Shown piece after piece: positions 33,470-43,425 of a stretch of DNA of 64,000 nucleotides. Origin of the DNA: Alphaproteobacteria bacterium. Its GTDB lineage: Bacteria; Pseudomonadota; Alphaproteobacteria; SHVV01. The stretch's first letter is position 1. Every line of letters starts with the position of its first letter. Position numbers and translations under genes: made by a program. The notes under the pieces are model-generated. The model was not told the origin of the DNA and did no database searches. It saw only the letters and a program-made list of their open reading frames with translations. The stretch covers positions 4,800,001-4,864,000 of the forward strand of contig OZ253470.1 in NCBI GenBank assembly GCA_965261735.1, given 5' to 3'.

Positions 33470-34086
33470 GATCCCGCGTCTCCGCTTTCACGCGCCTCGA
33501 TCTCCTTGGCCTTGCGCATGATGGCTTTCAGGCCCTTGGTGTCCTTGATCTTCTTCGGCCTGCCAAAATGCATGCGCCCGGTACGGAGCATGTTGAGCGC
33601 GATTTTCATGTTCCGCAGACCCTTTCCGACGCCCTCCCTGAGGCCGCCCGAAAAATAGTATGCGGCGGTCACCAGCCGCTCGTCGGTGCGGCCGTAATTC
33701 AGCGTGCTCCACCAGAACGACTTGGCGAACCGTGCGTTCTCGGAGGCCGCCGCCTTCGCGTAGCCCTGCTCGACGGCCTTGGTCATCAGGTCTTGGAGGA
33801 TGTTGGCGACCGGAATGCCGCGCGGACATCGCACAACGCAGCGGTAGCACAGCACGCAGTTGTGCATGGTGTTCGACGTCATCACCGCCTCTTTCATGCC
33901 GGCGCGGATCATCATGAACAGCTTGCGCGGCCCATGGTCCATTTGCGTGCCAATAGGACAGGACCCCGAGCACACGCCGCACTGCATGCACATGCTGAGC
34001 TTGTCGCCGCCGTCGACGTTGTCGTAGACCCACCTCGCGAAGCCGAGGTCGTAGGTACCCTCCGCGGCGGCGGCGGTTTCGGTCAT
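33466..34086 (-). CDS. hdrC: Heterodisulfide reductase subunit C-like 2x[4Fe-4S] protein
   Basis: CMQCGVCSGSCP and CVLCYRCVVRCP; start and stop overlap qmoB and hdrB. Confidence 0.9.
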   Translation of the reverse strand: MTETAAAAEGTYDLGFARWVYDNVDGGDKLSMCMQCGVCSGSCPIGTQMDHGPRKLFMMIRAGMKEAVMTSNTMHNCVLCYRCVVRCPRGIPVANILQDLMTKAVEQGYAKAAASENARFAKSFWWSTLNYGRTDERLVTAAYYFSGGLREGVGKGLRNMKIALNMLRTGRMHFGRPKKIKDTKGLKAIMRKAKEIEARESGDAGS

Positions 34087-36359
34087 CAGTGGACGCCCTT
34101 GAACGGGTTCGGATCGAGCTCTCCGATCCGCGCGACGAAGTCGTCGATCACCTGGGGCACGCGAGCCGAATCGGCGATGGAAATCTCCTCGGCCGCGACC
34201 CGCGCCGCGTCGAGCGCCATCATGTCGAGCGTGTCCTTCATCTTGGTCGCGCGCTCCTCGGCGATCCGGCTGCCCTTGATGAAGTGGCACTGATAATCGT
34301 CGGTCGATTTGCAGCCCATCATCATGACGCCGTCGAAGCCCTCCGACAGGGCCTCGGTGATCCAGGACACGCTGACCGAGCCCAGGCACCTGACCGGGAC
34401 GATCCGGACGAACGGGCTAAAGGACGTGCGCGCGATGCCGGCCATGTCGAGCGCCGGGTAGGCGTCGTTCTCACATGCGAGGACCAGGACGCGAGGCTCG
34501 TTCGGTGCATCGACCGGCACGTGGACGGAGCGGATTATCTCCGTGACCATGTGCACGCTGTAATTGTCGAACTCGATGGTCGACACCGGGCAAGCCCCCA
34601 TGCAGACGCCGCAGCGCCGGCACCGCGTCTCGGCCACCGCGGGGTAGCGGTCGGCGCCGACCTCGATGGCGCCAAACGGGCACTCCATCGAGCACCGGCC
34701 GCATTGCGTGCACTTGTCGAGGCCGAACTTCGGGATCGACAGGTCGCCCACCCGCGGATGGACCGCTGCCCCCTCCGGGGCGTTGCGGATCGCCTGAACG
34801 GCCTTGAGAACGGCCCCGGCCGCGTCCTCGGCGGCCTCGGCCATGGCCATGGGCGTGCGCACGGGGCCGCAGGTGTAGATGCCGGTGCGCCGGGTCTCGT
34901 AAGGGAAGCACACGAAATGGGAGTCCGCGAAGCCGTCGGCCAAAGCGGGCAGGTGCGGCCCCTGCCGGTACTGCAGGTTAAGGATCGCCCCCCCCGCGGG
35001 CAGTTCCTCGTCGGCGCGCGGCCAGGGGTCGGCGGGCTCTCCGGCATAGCCGGCCAACTCGAGCGGCGTCACCGGATTGATGTCGGAGCGCAGCAGGTCT
35101 TCGCCGCGATCCAGCTCCGGCGCCTCGGGGTCGGTCGTGTTCGGCACCATTCCGGTCGCCAGGACGACGAGGTCGAGGCCGGCCATGGGGATCTCCTGGC
35201 CGAGAAACTCGTCATCGACCAACACCGTCAAATCCGAGTCGACGGACTTGACCTTGCCCTTCATGAAAATGACGCCCGCCTCCTGGGCCTGGCGGTAGAA
35301 CTCCTCGGCCGTCCCCGGCGTGCGCAGCTCCTCGTAGATGACGTAGACGTTGGCCGCGGGCTCGGCCTCGAGGATCTGCAGCGCCTGCTTGATAGAGGTA
35401 CCGCAACAGATCGACGAGCAGTAGGGCAGATGGTTGGGGTCGCGCGAGCCTGCGCACTGGATGAAGGCGACGGTGCCAACCGGCCCCTCGTCCGACCGGC
35501 GCGCGATCCGGCCGTGGGCCAGCATCTCCTCGAGCTCGATGTTGGTGACCACGTCGGGCGAGGCGCCGTAGCCGAGGTGCCCGAGCTTGGCCGGATCGTA
35601 CGGGCGCCACCCCGTGGCCACGACGATGGCGCCCACGCGGACGTGGTCGTCCCGACCCTGGTGCTTGAGGTCAACCTCGAACTTGCCCGGCATGCCATCG
35701 GTTTTGGCGACCACCGCCTCGGTCATCACCGTGACCAGGGGGTCGCCCAGGACCGCCGCGATCAGGTCGTCGATGTCGTTGGGCTGGGGGTCGCGGTAGG
35801 GGGGCCGGTGGGGCATGCGCCGGCTCCACTTGCGCGACCATCCGCCGAGCTCGGCCGCCCGCTCCACCAGCACGACCTCGTGACCGAGCTTCGCCGCCTC
35901 GCGCGCCGCCGTGAGGCCCGAGAGGCCGCCGCCCACGACCATCAGGCGCCGGCTGAAATCGCCCTCCGTCAACGGCTCCGGCGCCGTCGCGTTGGCCGCC
36001 TGGGCGATCGCCATGCGCAAGGAGTCGGCGGCCATCTCCTGCGTACGTGGGTCACCGGCCGGGTGGGTCCACACTACCTGCTCGCGAATGTTGGCGCGTA
36101 CGACGTCGGTACCGTCGAAGGTGAAGCGGTCCGCCATCACGCGGTGCGAGCAGGCGACGATGATGGCTTGATCGATGGCGCCGGCGCCAATGTCTTCGCG
36201 GATGGCGCTGACGCCCTCGTCGCTGCACAGGCAGTCGTGCTGGCGGCACAGCGGCATCGCGAACTCGCCCGTGGCCACGTCCTCGAGCGCGTCGACCGAG
36301 ACGGCCTCGCCGATGCCGCAGCCTTGGCACAGATAGACGCCGGGTTTCCTGGGCTCCAC
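34086..36359 (-). CDS. qmoB: QmoB (HdrA-like flavoprotein with ferredoxin and MvhD domains)
   Basis: YLCQGCGI, GGGLSGLTAA, QCAGSRD..YCSSICC, LNLQYRQG, CFPYETRRTG, ACENDAYPA, VRCLGS. Confidence 0.9.
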   Translation of the reverse strand: MEPRKPGVYLCQGCGIGEAVSVDALEDVATGEFAMPLCRQHDCLCSDEGVSAIREDIGAGAIDQAIIVACSHRVMADRFTFDGTDVVRANIREQVVWTHPAGDPRTQEMAADSLRMAIAQAANATAPEPLTEGDFSRRLMVVGGGLSGLTAAREAAKLGHEVVLVERAAELGGWSRKWSRRMPHRPPYRDPQPNDIDDLIAAVLGDPLVTVMTEAVVAKTDGMPGKFEVDLKHQGRDDHVRVGAIVVATGWRPYDPAKLGHLGYGASPDVVTNIELEEMLAHGRIARRSDEGPVGTVAFIQCAGSRDPNHLPYCSSICCGTSIKQALQILEAEPAANVYVIYEELRTPGTAEEFYRQAQEAGVIFMKGKVKSVDSDLTVLVDDEFLGQEIPMAGLDLVVLATGMVPNTTDPEAPELDRGEDLLRSDINPVTPLELAGYAGEPADPWPRADEELPAGGAILNLQYRQGPHLPALADGFADSHFVCFPYETRRTGIYTCGPVRTPMAMAEAAEDAAGAVLKAVQAIRNAPEGAAVHPRVGDLSIPKFGLDKCTQCGRCSMECPFGAIEVGADRYPAVAETRCRRCGVCMGACPVSTIEFDNYSVHMVTEIIRSVHVPVDAPNEPRVLVLACENDAYPALDMAGIARTSFSPFVRIVPVRCLGSVSVSWITEALSEGFDGVMMMGCKSTDDYQCHFIKGSRIAEERATKMKDTLDMMALDAARVAAEEISIADSARVPQVIDDFVARIGELDPNPFKGVH

Positions 36360-36373
36360 CTTGCCGTGCCCCG

Positions 36374-37648
36374 CTATCGGCTGGTGCCGCCGGCGACCGC
36401 CTGGACCGCGCGCAAGGCGGCTGCGGTCGCGGACTGGACCGAGGCGGCGACGTCGATGGGGCCACCCGCGACCCCGGCCGAGAACATGCCTTCCTCGCTC
36501 GCCATTCCCGGTACGATGAAGCCGTACTCGTCCGTCTCCAGCCTCATTTGCGGCGTGTGTTGGCCCGCTTCCGGCTCCATCCCGGTGGCCAGCACGACCA
36601 GATCGTAAGGCCTGGCGTAAACCTCGCGGGTGATGGTGTCCTCGCCGCAGACCACTGGCCTGCCGGTGTCGTCGGTGTCGATGTGGCCGGGCTTTGACTT
36701 GATGAAGCGGACCTGCGGATCGGAGCGGACGCGGTTGTAGAAGGCCTCGAGCTTTCCGTGGGCGCGGATGTCGATGTAGTAGATGTCGACCTCGGCGTCG
36801 GCGTAGCGGCCGCGCACATAGGCCGCGTGCTTGAGCGAGCCGAGACAACAGATGCCCGAGCAGTAGGGCAGGTAGTTGCGATCGCGCGAGCCGGCACACT
36901 GGATCAGCGCGACCCGCTTCGCCGGCTCGCCGTTCGAGGGCCTGACGATCGCGCCCGCCGTCGGTCCGCTCGGCGAGGCCAGCCGTTCCATCTCGACATT
37001 GGTGATAATGTCGGGGCTACGATCGTAGCCGTACGGTGTGATTTTCGCCGCATCGTACGGCCGCCACCCGGTCGCCCAGATGATCGCCCCGGCATTGATG
37101 TCGAATGTCGTCGGCTGTTCGTCGAGGTCGACGGCGCCGTATTTACAGGCCGCTTTGATGGTGTCGGCCTCGGGCGTACCGATGACGCGCGCGTCGATGA
37201 CGTAGCGCATGGGGAACGCCATCTGGTGCGGCAGGTAGGCTGCCCTGACCTTGCTCATACCGTAGTTGAAAGGGTCCGGGACCTCGGTTTCAGCCGCCCT
37301 GGCGCAATCGCCGCAGGCGGTGCATTTGGCGTTTACGTAGCGCGGCGTGGTCTGCACCGTGACCGTGTAGTCGCCGCGCGCGCCGGCGACGCTCGCCACG
37401 CTCGCCATCGTCACGAGCCTGATGCGCGGGTTTCTCCTGATGCGCTGGAAGTTGATTTCGAGCCCGCAGGTCGGCGGGCAAAGCTTGGGAAAGTATCGGT
37501 TGAGCTGGGCGACCCGGCCGCCGATCGTAGGACCGCGCTCGAGAAGGACCACGTCGCAGCCGACCTCGGCCGCCTCCACGGCGGCGGTGATGCCGGAGAT
37601 GCCGCCGCCGACGACGAGGATGGTCTGGCTCCTGGGTCCTTCGGCCAT
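36374..37648 (-). CDS. qmoA: QmoA (HdrA-like flavoprotein)
   Basis: GGGISGITAA, YFPKLCPPTCGLE, QCAGSRD..YCSGICC; 424 aa. Confidence 0.92.
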   Translation of the reverse strand: MAEGPRSQTILVVGGGISGITAAVEAAEVGCDVVLLERGPTIGGRVAQLNRYFPKLCPPTCGLEINFQRIRRNPRIRLVTMASVASVAGARGDYTVTVQTTPRYVNAKCTACGDCARAAETEVPDPFNYGMSKVRAAYLPHQMAFPMRYVIDARVIGTPEADTIKAACKYGAVDLDEQPTTFDINAGAIIWATGWRPYDAAKITPYGYDRSPDIITNVEMERLASPSGPTAGAIVRPSNGEPAKRVALIQCAGSRDRNYLPYCSGICCLGSLKHAAYVRGRYADAEVDIYYIDIRAHGKLEAFYNRVRSDPQVRFIKSKPGHIDTDDTGRPVVCGEDTITREVYARPYDLVVLATGMEPEAGQHTPQMRLETDEYGFIVPGMASEEGMFSAGVAGGPIDVAASVQSATAAALRAVQAVAGGTSR

Positions 37649-37841
37649 CGCCTCCCCATGCTCTTGTTATGGACTGTGCGGCCGGAGACTCCGTATGGCC
37701 CTCACCCCTCGCTACATACCAGCTTCGCGGACCCCTCGTAAGGATTGTTTTCGGCGGTTAAGTGTGCTTATCGCGCGCCTTCTTCCTGTAGGATCGCGAC
37801 GCGCCGCACCGGTGATATCGTTGTTCGATAAAGGCTAGGAC

Positions 37842-38345
37842 TTGGCCATCAGCGTGCATCGCTTCTTCGTACGCTCCCCCGACGGGCGCCTGATCGTCGG
37901 CTTCGACGACGTCGACGCGGCCAAGGCGGTGGCGCTGGAGTACGGCGAGGGCGCGCATCTCGTGGACACCAGGGCCCAGGCCTATCATCCAATCGCTCAG
38001 GAGGTCAGCGGCGGCGAGCTGGTCTACGTCGATATCGGCGGCTGGGGCGCCGGAAAGCTCTCCGACGAGCGCAATCTCATCGAGGCCATCAAGAAGGGCC
38101 ACGCCGCCATCGTCCACGCCTTCCTCGCCAAGGGGGCAGATGCGAGCGCGCGCGACGATCACGGCGGCCCCGCTCTACTGTGGGCGGTGGCCCGGAGCAA
38201 GGCGGACATCATCGCACTCTTGATAGCCCACGGTGCCGACGTCGACGCCCGGGACGCTAAGGGGAAGAGCGCCCTCGACCTCGCCAGAGCGCGCGAGCAG
38301 CCGGCCCTCGTCGACCTCCTTCAGCAGGCGTCTGGCGCGCAATAA
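37842..38345 (+). CDS. Ankyrin repeat protein with unknown N-terminal domain
   Basis: AIKKGH..GADASARD..GPALLWA..GADVDARDAKGKSALDLA. Confidence 0.8.
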   Translation: MAISVHRFFVRSPDGRLIVGFDDVDAAKAVALEYGEGAHLVDTRAQAYHPIAQEVSGGELVYVDIGGWGAGKLSDERNLIEAIKKGHAAIVHAFLAKGADASARDDHGGPALLWAVARSKADIIALLIAHGADVDARDAKGKSALDLARAREQPALVDLLQQASGAQ

Positions 38346-38357
38346 GGCCGTGGCTCG

Positions 38358-38714
38358 TCAGAGCTTGGTGTACTTGGCGGCACTACCGCGTGCCTTCTCG
38401 ACCGGATATTTGGCCGCGTTGGTTTCGATCTTCTCGTCCGCGGCGGCGCCGAGGTCGATGCCGGCACGCTCACAGATCAGCAACAGGTAAAGCAGCACGT
38501 CGGCGCACTCTTCGGCGATGCGCGCGCGGAACTCGGGCTCGGACAGCGCAGCCTCGACCGCGGCGTCGTCCTTCCACTGCGTCAACTCCAACAGCTCGGC
38601 GGCCTCGAGATTCGCCGACAGGATGAGGTTCTTGAGGCCGTGGAAGCGGCGCCAGTCGCGCAAGTCGCGAAACGCAATTAGGCGGTCGGTGAGCTCGTCG
38701 AAATTCGCGCTCAT
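38358..38714 (-). CDS. MazG-like nucleotide pyrophosphohydrolase
   Basis: FRDLRDWRRFH..KNL..EAAELLE..QW, EECADV, KYPVEKARG. Confidence 0.9.
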   Translation of the reverse strand: MSANFDELTDRLIAFRDLRDWRRFHGLKNLILSANLEAAELLELTQWKDDAAVEAALSEPEFRARIAEECADVLLYLLLICERAGIDLGAAADEKIETNAAKYPVEKARGSAAKYTKL

Positions 38715-38851
38715 GGGGCGATCATTTTCCTCAAGCGCCGGCGCGGCGCACCCTCGACACGGCGGCGGGCGCGCACTACCCTCGGCCCGCTTTCCATAGG
38801 ACAAGATGGCCGCGGCGACATCAACGCATTTTGCCGCCCGGGAGCGCAGAC

Positions 38852-39625
38852 GTGGCCAACGGCCGGATGGTCATCGCGCAGATTAGCGACACCCACATCC
38901 TTGCGCGCTCCTCCGGCGAGGCTGTTGGCGAACAACGCGCGTCCAACCTTGCGCGCTGCATCGCCGACATCAACGCGCAGCGGCCCGACGCCGTGGTCCA
39001 CACCGGCGATATCGTCCAGCACGGCCTGCCCGAGGAGTACGCGCACGTGCGCGAGATCCTGGCGCCGCTGGAGGCGCCCTTGTACCTCATTCCCGGCAAT
39101 CGCGACCGACGCGAGACCCTACGGGCGGCCTTCGGCGATCACGCCTACTTCCCCGACGACGGTGACTTCCTGCACTACACCGTCGAGGATTACCCGCTTC
39201 GCCTGGTCGCGCTCGACTCGATCGCTGCCGGTGAAAGGAAAGGGGTGTTCTGCGCCGAGCGCCAGGCCTGGCTCGACGACGTGCTCGGGCGCGCGCCGGA
39301 CGCACCGACCCTGCTGCTCCTGCACCATCCGCCCTTCGATATCGGCACCTTCTACGTCGGTGGCTACCGCCGCGCGGACGACGCAGAGGATCTGGCGTCG
39401 ATCGTGGCCCGCCACCCGCAGGTCGAGAGGCTGCTGTGCGGGCACGTCCACGTGCCCGTCCGCACCCGCTGGGCCGGTACCGTGGCCACGACGATGCCGA
39501 GCGTCGCGGTCGACGTGCGCAAGGCGGTCGACGCTTTCGATGCCGGGGACTCGCCGGCGTACCAGCTCCACGTGCTGTCGGAGGACACCGGCTTCGTCAG
39601 CCACACCCGGATCGCCAGCGCCTGA
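38852..39625 (+). CDS. Metallophosphoesterase (CpdA/GpdQ-like)
   Basis: SDTH, TGD, PGNRD, HHPP, GHVH. Confidence 0.88.
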   Translation: MANGRMVIAQISDTHILARSSGEAVGEQRASNLARCIADINAQRPDAVVHTGDIVQHGLPEEYAHVREILAPLEAPLYLIPGNRDRRETLRAAFGDHAYFPDDGDFLHYTVEDYPLRLVALDSIAAGERKGVFCAERQAWLDDVLGRAPDAPTLLLLHHPPFDIGTFYVGGYRRADDAEDLASIVARHPQVERLLCGHVHVPVRTRWAGTVATTMPSVAVDVRKAVDAFDAGDSPAYQLHVLSEDTGFVSHTRIASA

Positions 39626-39682
39626 CGCAGACGTCTTGCGCGGGCGTAGCCTGATTTGTTAAGCCGTTGAGTTCTCTACGCC

Positions 39683-39772
39683 GGATGGGTGGCCGAGCGG
39701 TCGAAGGCACCGGTCTTGAAAACCGGCAGGGGCGAGCGCTCCTCGTGGGTTCGAATCCCACCCCATCCGCCA
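39683..39772 (+). tRNA. tRNA-Ser(TGA)
   Basis: GGATGGG/CCCATCC acceptor stem, anticodon arm CCGGT-CTTGAAA-ACCGG, long variable arm, GGTTCGAATCC, encoded CCA. Confidence 0.96.
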
Positions 39773-39812
39773 GTTTGACCGGCACAGTGGGCGCCGGCCG
39801 CCGGCCGCCGGA

Positions 39813-40223
39813 TTACCCCGGCTGCTTCTCGATCTTGCGAACCGAGGCCAGGTCGTCGACCCAGTGTTGCTCCGAGCGCGACCATATCTGGACCTTGGGC
39901 ACAAGCTGATCGCGTTGTTGAATGGTGCCGACGCGCAGGCCGTGCACTTGCGCTGCATCGCCGTCCGGCGCGGCGTAGATCGGCGTGCCGCATTCCGGGC
40001 AAAACGCCTGCTGACGCTTCCTGCCGCTCTCGGCGGTCTTGACGTAGACCTTGGGCTCCCCCGACAGCAGCCGAAAGCTCCCCTCGGCGGTCGGGGCGAC
40101 GGTGCGATAAGACGAGCCCGACAGCGTCTGGCAATCGGTGCAGTGGCAGATCATCACCTTTTCCGGATCGACCTCCGCCTCGTAGGTGATGGCGCCGCAG
40201 TGGCAACGTCCGTAGACTTTCAT
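39813..40223 (-). CDS. GFA (glutathione-dependent formaldehyde-activating) family protein
   Basis: CHCG, CHCTDCQ, FCPECG; GGAG RBS. Confidence 0.9.
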   Translation of the reverse strand: MKVYGRCHCGAITYEAEVDPEKVMICHCTDCQTLSGSSYRTVAPTAEGSFRLLSGEPKVYVKTAESGRKRQQAFCPECGTPIYAAPDGDAAQVHGLRVGTIQQRDQLVPKVQIWSRSEQHWVDDLASVRKIEKQPG

Positions 40224-40341
40224 CGTGAGGCTCCTTTCGCCCGGCACATACGCTCTGGTCGGATCGTACCCAATCTGGGCCGGTTCGAACCGGGCCGCCA
40301 TCGATCAAGACGGCCCCCGCGGGGCTGCTCGCTGAACGAGC

Positions 40342-40758
40342 CTACACCGACGGCGTCGTGCACCGGCGCCAGATTTGGGGCTCCGCCGTCCCCTCGGGGT
40401 GTACTTGGATCATCAGGTCGTTCAATTGCTGCATCGTGGTGACGGTCCCGGGGCCGGGCTCGCCTTTTGGCACCGTGTAGGAGAAGGTGTGGCGGGTGTA
40501 GTTGCCCTCGATCCTGTTGCCGCCGGGGGTCACGATTTGCGGCCCCGCAATCGACATGTTGCGGCCGTCGTCAAAGCACCAATGGCCGTCTATCTGATCG
40601 GCGTGCGCCGCGGATGCGACCATCAGGAGCGCGAAGACGCTGCCGAACAGGACGGCGCCGCGGCGGCCGTGCCGCGCCACCGGCCGGGCCAACGGTTCGA
40701 AACGACGAGCGATAGGCCGGTGCTCCAGGCAGGCCATTATCGGTCTCCCAATCTGCAA
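40342..40758 (-). CDS. Secreted hypothetical protein (start uncertain)
   Basis: Signal peptide ending AHA-D; IDGHWC..GNYTRH..WRRC. Confidence 0.6.
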   Translation of the reverse strand: MQIGRPIMACLEHRPIARRFEPLARPVARHGRRGAVLFGSVFALLMVASAAHADQIDGHWCFDDGRNMSIAGPQIVTPGGNRIEGNYTRHTFSYTVPKGEPGPGTVTTMQQLNDLMIQVHPEGTAEPQIWRRCTTPSV

Positions 40759-40922
40759 CGACCGATTATGCGCGGGCTTCGGTCAGATGAGCAAGGTGGC
40801 GGCCCGCCGGGTGCGCTTGCGCCGTTCGCCGCCATGTGCCATCAGCCACCCGTGTGCCGCGGCTGTCGTCCGGGTTGCCCCGAGGCTCCATGCCGCGATC
40901 TGTTTTCGAGGGGGAGGGATAA

Positions 40923-41441
40923 ATGGCGAGATCGCTGAGACGTGTGGTGACCGACCGTGACGAGGCGGGCAAGTCCTTTGTCGTTTCGGACGGGCCGGCG
41001 CCGACGGCGGCTCCCGGCGTCCGCCAAGTCGTGCTGTGGGCTGCGGATGCCATGCCGGCGCCCGCGCGCGGCGCGGCGGAAGTCGACGCGGCGACCTACC
41101 CGCTTCAGCCCGCACCCAACGCCACCAAGTTGTTGTTTTTCGAAGTGCAACCGGAGGACGAGTCGGTGTCCAGTGAGGACCAGGAGCGCATGGCGGCGGA
41201 GATGTTCGAGCGGATGGGCGCGGCCGATAGCCGCGGGGATACAACGCGCCACCCCTTCATGCACACCACGCAAACGCTCGACTACGTCGTCCTCCTGTCG
41301 GGCCAGGTGACCCTGCTACTCGACGAGGGCGAGGTCACGCTCAATCCCTTCGACAGCGTCGTCCAGCAAACGACCAACCACGCCTGGGTCAATCGCGGTG
41401 ACGAGCCCGCCCTGTTGGTCGCCGTAATGATCGGCGCCTAG
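40923..41441 (+). CDS. Cupin domain protein
   Basis: LRRVVT, MHTTQTLDY, QQTTNHAWVN. Confidence 0.88.
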   Translation: MARSLRRVVTDRDEAGKSFVVSDGPAPTAAPGVRQVVLWAADAMPAPARGAAEVDAATYPLQPAPNATKLLFFEVQPEDESVSSEDQERMAAEMFERMGAADSRGDTTRHPFMHTTQTLDYVVLLSGQVTLLLDEGEVTLNPFDSVVQQTTNHAWVNRGDEPALLVAVMIGA

Positions 41442-41460
41442 TCCCGCTGAGCGGCGGCCG

Positions 41461-42600
41461 CTAGTCGAACAGCCGGTCGAGGTAGGCGTTGATGATGTGG
41501 TGCACGCACGATTCGAGGCTCGCCATCGGCCCCGGCGTGTAGCCCTTGATCGACATCGCATGTTGCAGCGACTGCACCATCTGCTTGTCCTCGCTCAACA
41601 CGTAGTCGAGGTACTCGTGGTACACGCGGGCGCGCTCGGCGAAGTCGTCTTCGGCGAAATACTCGGTGGGGAACAGGCTGTAGAGGATGCCGCGTGATTT
41701 GTCCGGCGCCAGCGGCCAGGTGATCAGCATGCGCACCTGGTCGCTGCGAGCGACGATGTAGGTATTGGGCTGCATGAAGCCCATGGTGGCGAAATTGTCG
41801 GGGCGGTCCTCGAGCCAGGGGAGCTTGCCGAACAGCGTCTTGCCGCCCGGTGTCAACGGTACCGAGAGGTAGTCGCTGCGCAGGGCCCCGCGCGCCATCA
41901 GCTTGACCTCGACGTCGTCGTAGGAGGTCTTGGCACCGAACGTCTGCGCGTGCAGCGTGCCGGCGTGGTACATGTCGAGGACGTTTTCGGCGAGCAGCTT
42001 CCAGTTGCAGTCGAAGTCGATGACGATGCGCCCCGACAGCCGGCAGCGTTCGGGATGGAGAAAGCCGAACTCGCGCATGAAGTCGGCGCCGAACTCCTCC
42101 AACGGGGCCGTGTCCGCATCGAAACAGACGAACACGAACCCGGCCCACTCGGCGACCCGCAGCGGCCGCAGCCGGCACGTGGCGGGATCGAACCCTTGGG
42201 TCGCGTTCATGAAGGCGGCGCCGATGAGCCTGCCGTCGAGGTCATAGCGCCAGCCGTGATAGGGGCAGCTGAACTCGCTCGCGTTGCCCGATCCCGTTGC
42301 CACCTCGACGCCGCGATGGGCGCACACGTTGGCGAAGGCGCCGAGCCCGCCGTCCTGATTGCGCGCGACCAGCACGGGCTCGTCGGCGATGCGCATCGCC
42401 ATATAATCGCCCGGATTCTCGACCTCCTCGACGCGGCCGACGCACAGCCAGTCCTTGAAGAACAGCTTCTGTTTCTCGAGTGCGTAGACCTCGGGCGATG
42501 AGTAGATGAAGCCGGGTGCGTGGCGCGCTCGATTGAGCGGGCTCCTGATCTCGTCAAGCCCGCCGCCTGTCGTCGGCTCGCTCCTCATCGCGATTGTCAT
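41461..42600 (-). CDS. Rieske non-heme iron oxygenase alpha subunit (choline monooxygenase/CntA-like)
   Basis: CAHRG..CPYHGW Rieske ligands; ENVLDMYH..LH; ED. Confidence 0.9.
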   Translation of the reverse strand: MTIAMRSEPTTGGGLDEIRSPLNRARHAPGFIYSSPEVYALEKQKLFFKDWLCVGRVEEVENPGDYMAMRIADEPVLVARNQDGGLGAFANVCAHRGVEVATGSGNASEFSCPYHGWRYDLDGRLIGAAFMNATQGFDPATCRLRPLRVAEWAGFVFVCFDADTAPLEEFGADFMREFGFLHPERCRLSGRIVIDFDCNWKLLAENVLDMYHAGTLHAQTFGAKTSYDDVEVKLMARGALRSDYLSVPLTPGGKTLFGKLPWLEDRPDNFATMGFMQPNTYIVARSDQVRMLITWPLAPDKSRGILYSLFPTEYFAEDDFAERARVYHEYLDYVLSEDKQMVQSLQHAMSIKGYTPGPMASLESCVHHIINAYLDRLFD

Positions 42601-42747
42601 GACCTCGCTCCCGCGCTGTAATCGCCCGTGGCCGGCATGCTAGGTCATTCGCCGCGCCATTCCAACACGTCGGCGCGCCGCCGACGTGGCGGTGGACTCG
42701 GCGCCGCGCAACCCCCATCTATCCGCTGAACCAAGAGCGGTGCCCGC

Positions 42748-43425
42748 ATGCGTGTTCTGGTCATCGAGGACGACGCCGAGGCGGCGGCCTACGTCGTCAA
42801 GGGGTTGACGGAGAGCGGCCATGTGGTCGATCGCGCGCACGACGGCGAGGATGGCCTTACGCTCGCGCGCCTGAGCGACTACGACGTGCTCGTGGTCGAC
42901 CGCATGCTGCCTAAGCGCGACGGGCTCGCGCTGGTCGCCCAGCTTCGGGCCGAGGGGAATGTGACGCCCGTGCTTTTCCTCAGCGCTCTCGGCGCGGTCG
43001 ACGATCGCGTGCGCGGACTCAGGGCGGGCGGCGACGATTATCTGGTCAAGCCCTTTGCCTTTGCCGAGCTCCTGGCCCGTATCGAGGCGGTGGCGCGGCG
43101 CCGCGATGCGGCGGCCGTGCAAACCCGCCTGAGGGTCGCCGACCTCGAACTCGACCTGCTCAGCCGTCGCGCCGAGCGGGCCGGCGTTAGCCTCGATCTC
43201 CAGCCGCGCGAATACACCCTGCTCGAGTGCCTCATGCGCAACGCCGGTCGGGTCTTCACCCGCACGATGCTGCTGGAGCGCGTGTGGGACTACCATTTCG
43301 ACCCCAAGACCAACGTCGTCGACGTCCATATCAGCCGTCTGCGCGCCAAGATCGACAAGGGCTTCGACCGGCCGTTGCTCCATACGGTCCGGGGCGCCGG
43401 GTACTGTCTCCGTGAACCCGACTAG
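42748..43425 (+). CDS. OmpR-family response regulator
   Basis: IEDD, VDRMLP, DYLVKPF, VDVHISRLRAKID. Confidence 0.95.
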   Translation: MRVLVIEDDAEAAAYVVKGLTESGHVVDRAHDGEDGLTLARLSDYDVLVVDRMLPKRDGLALVAQLRAEGNVTPVLFLSALGAVDDRVRGLRAGGDDYLVKPFAFAELLARIEAVARRRDAAAVQTRLRVADLELDLLSRRAERAGVSLDLQPREYTLLECLMRNAGRVFTRTMLLERVWDYHFDPKTNVVDVHISRLRAKIDKGFDRPLLHTVRGAGYCLREPD

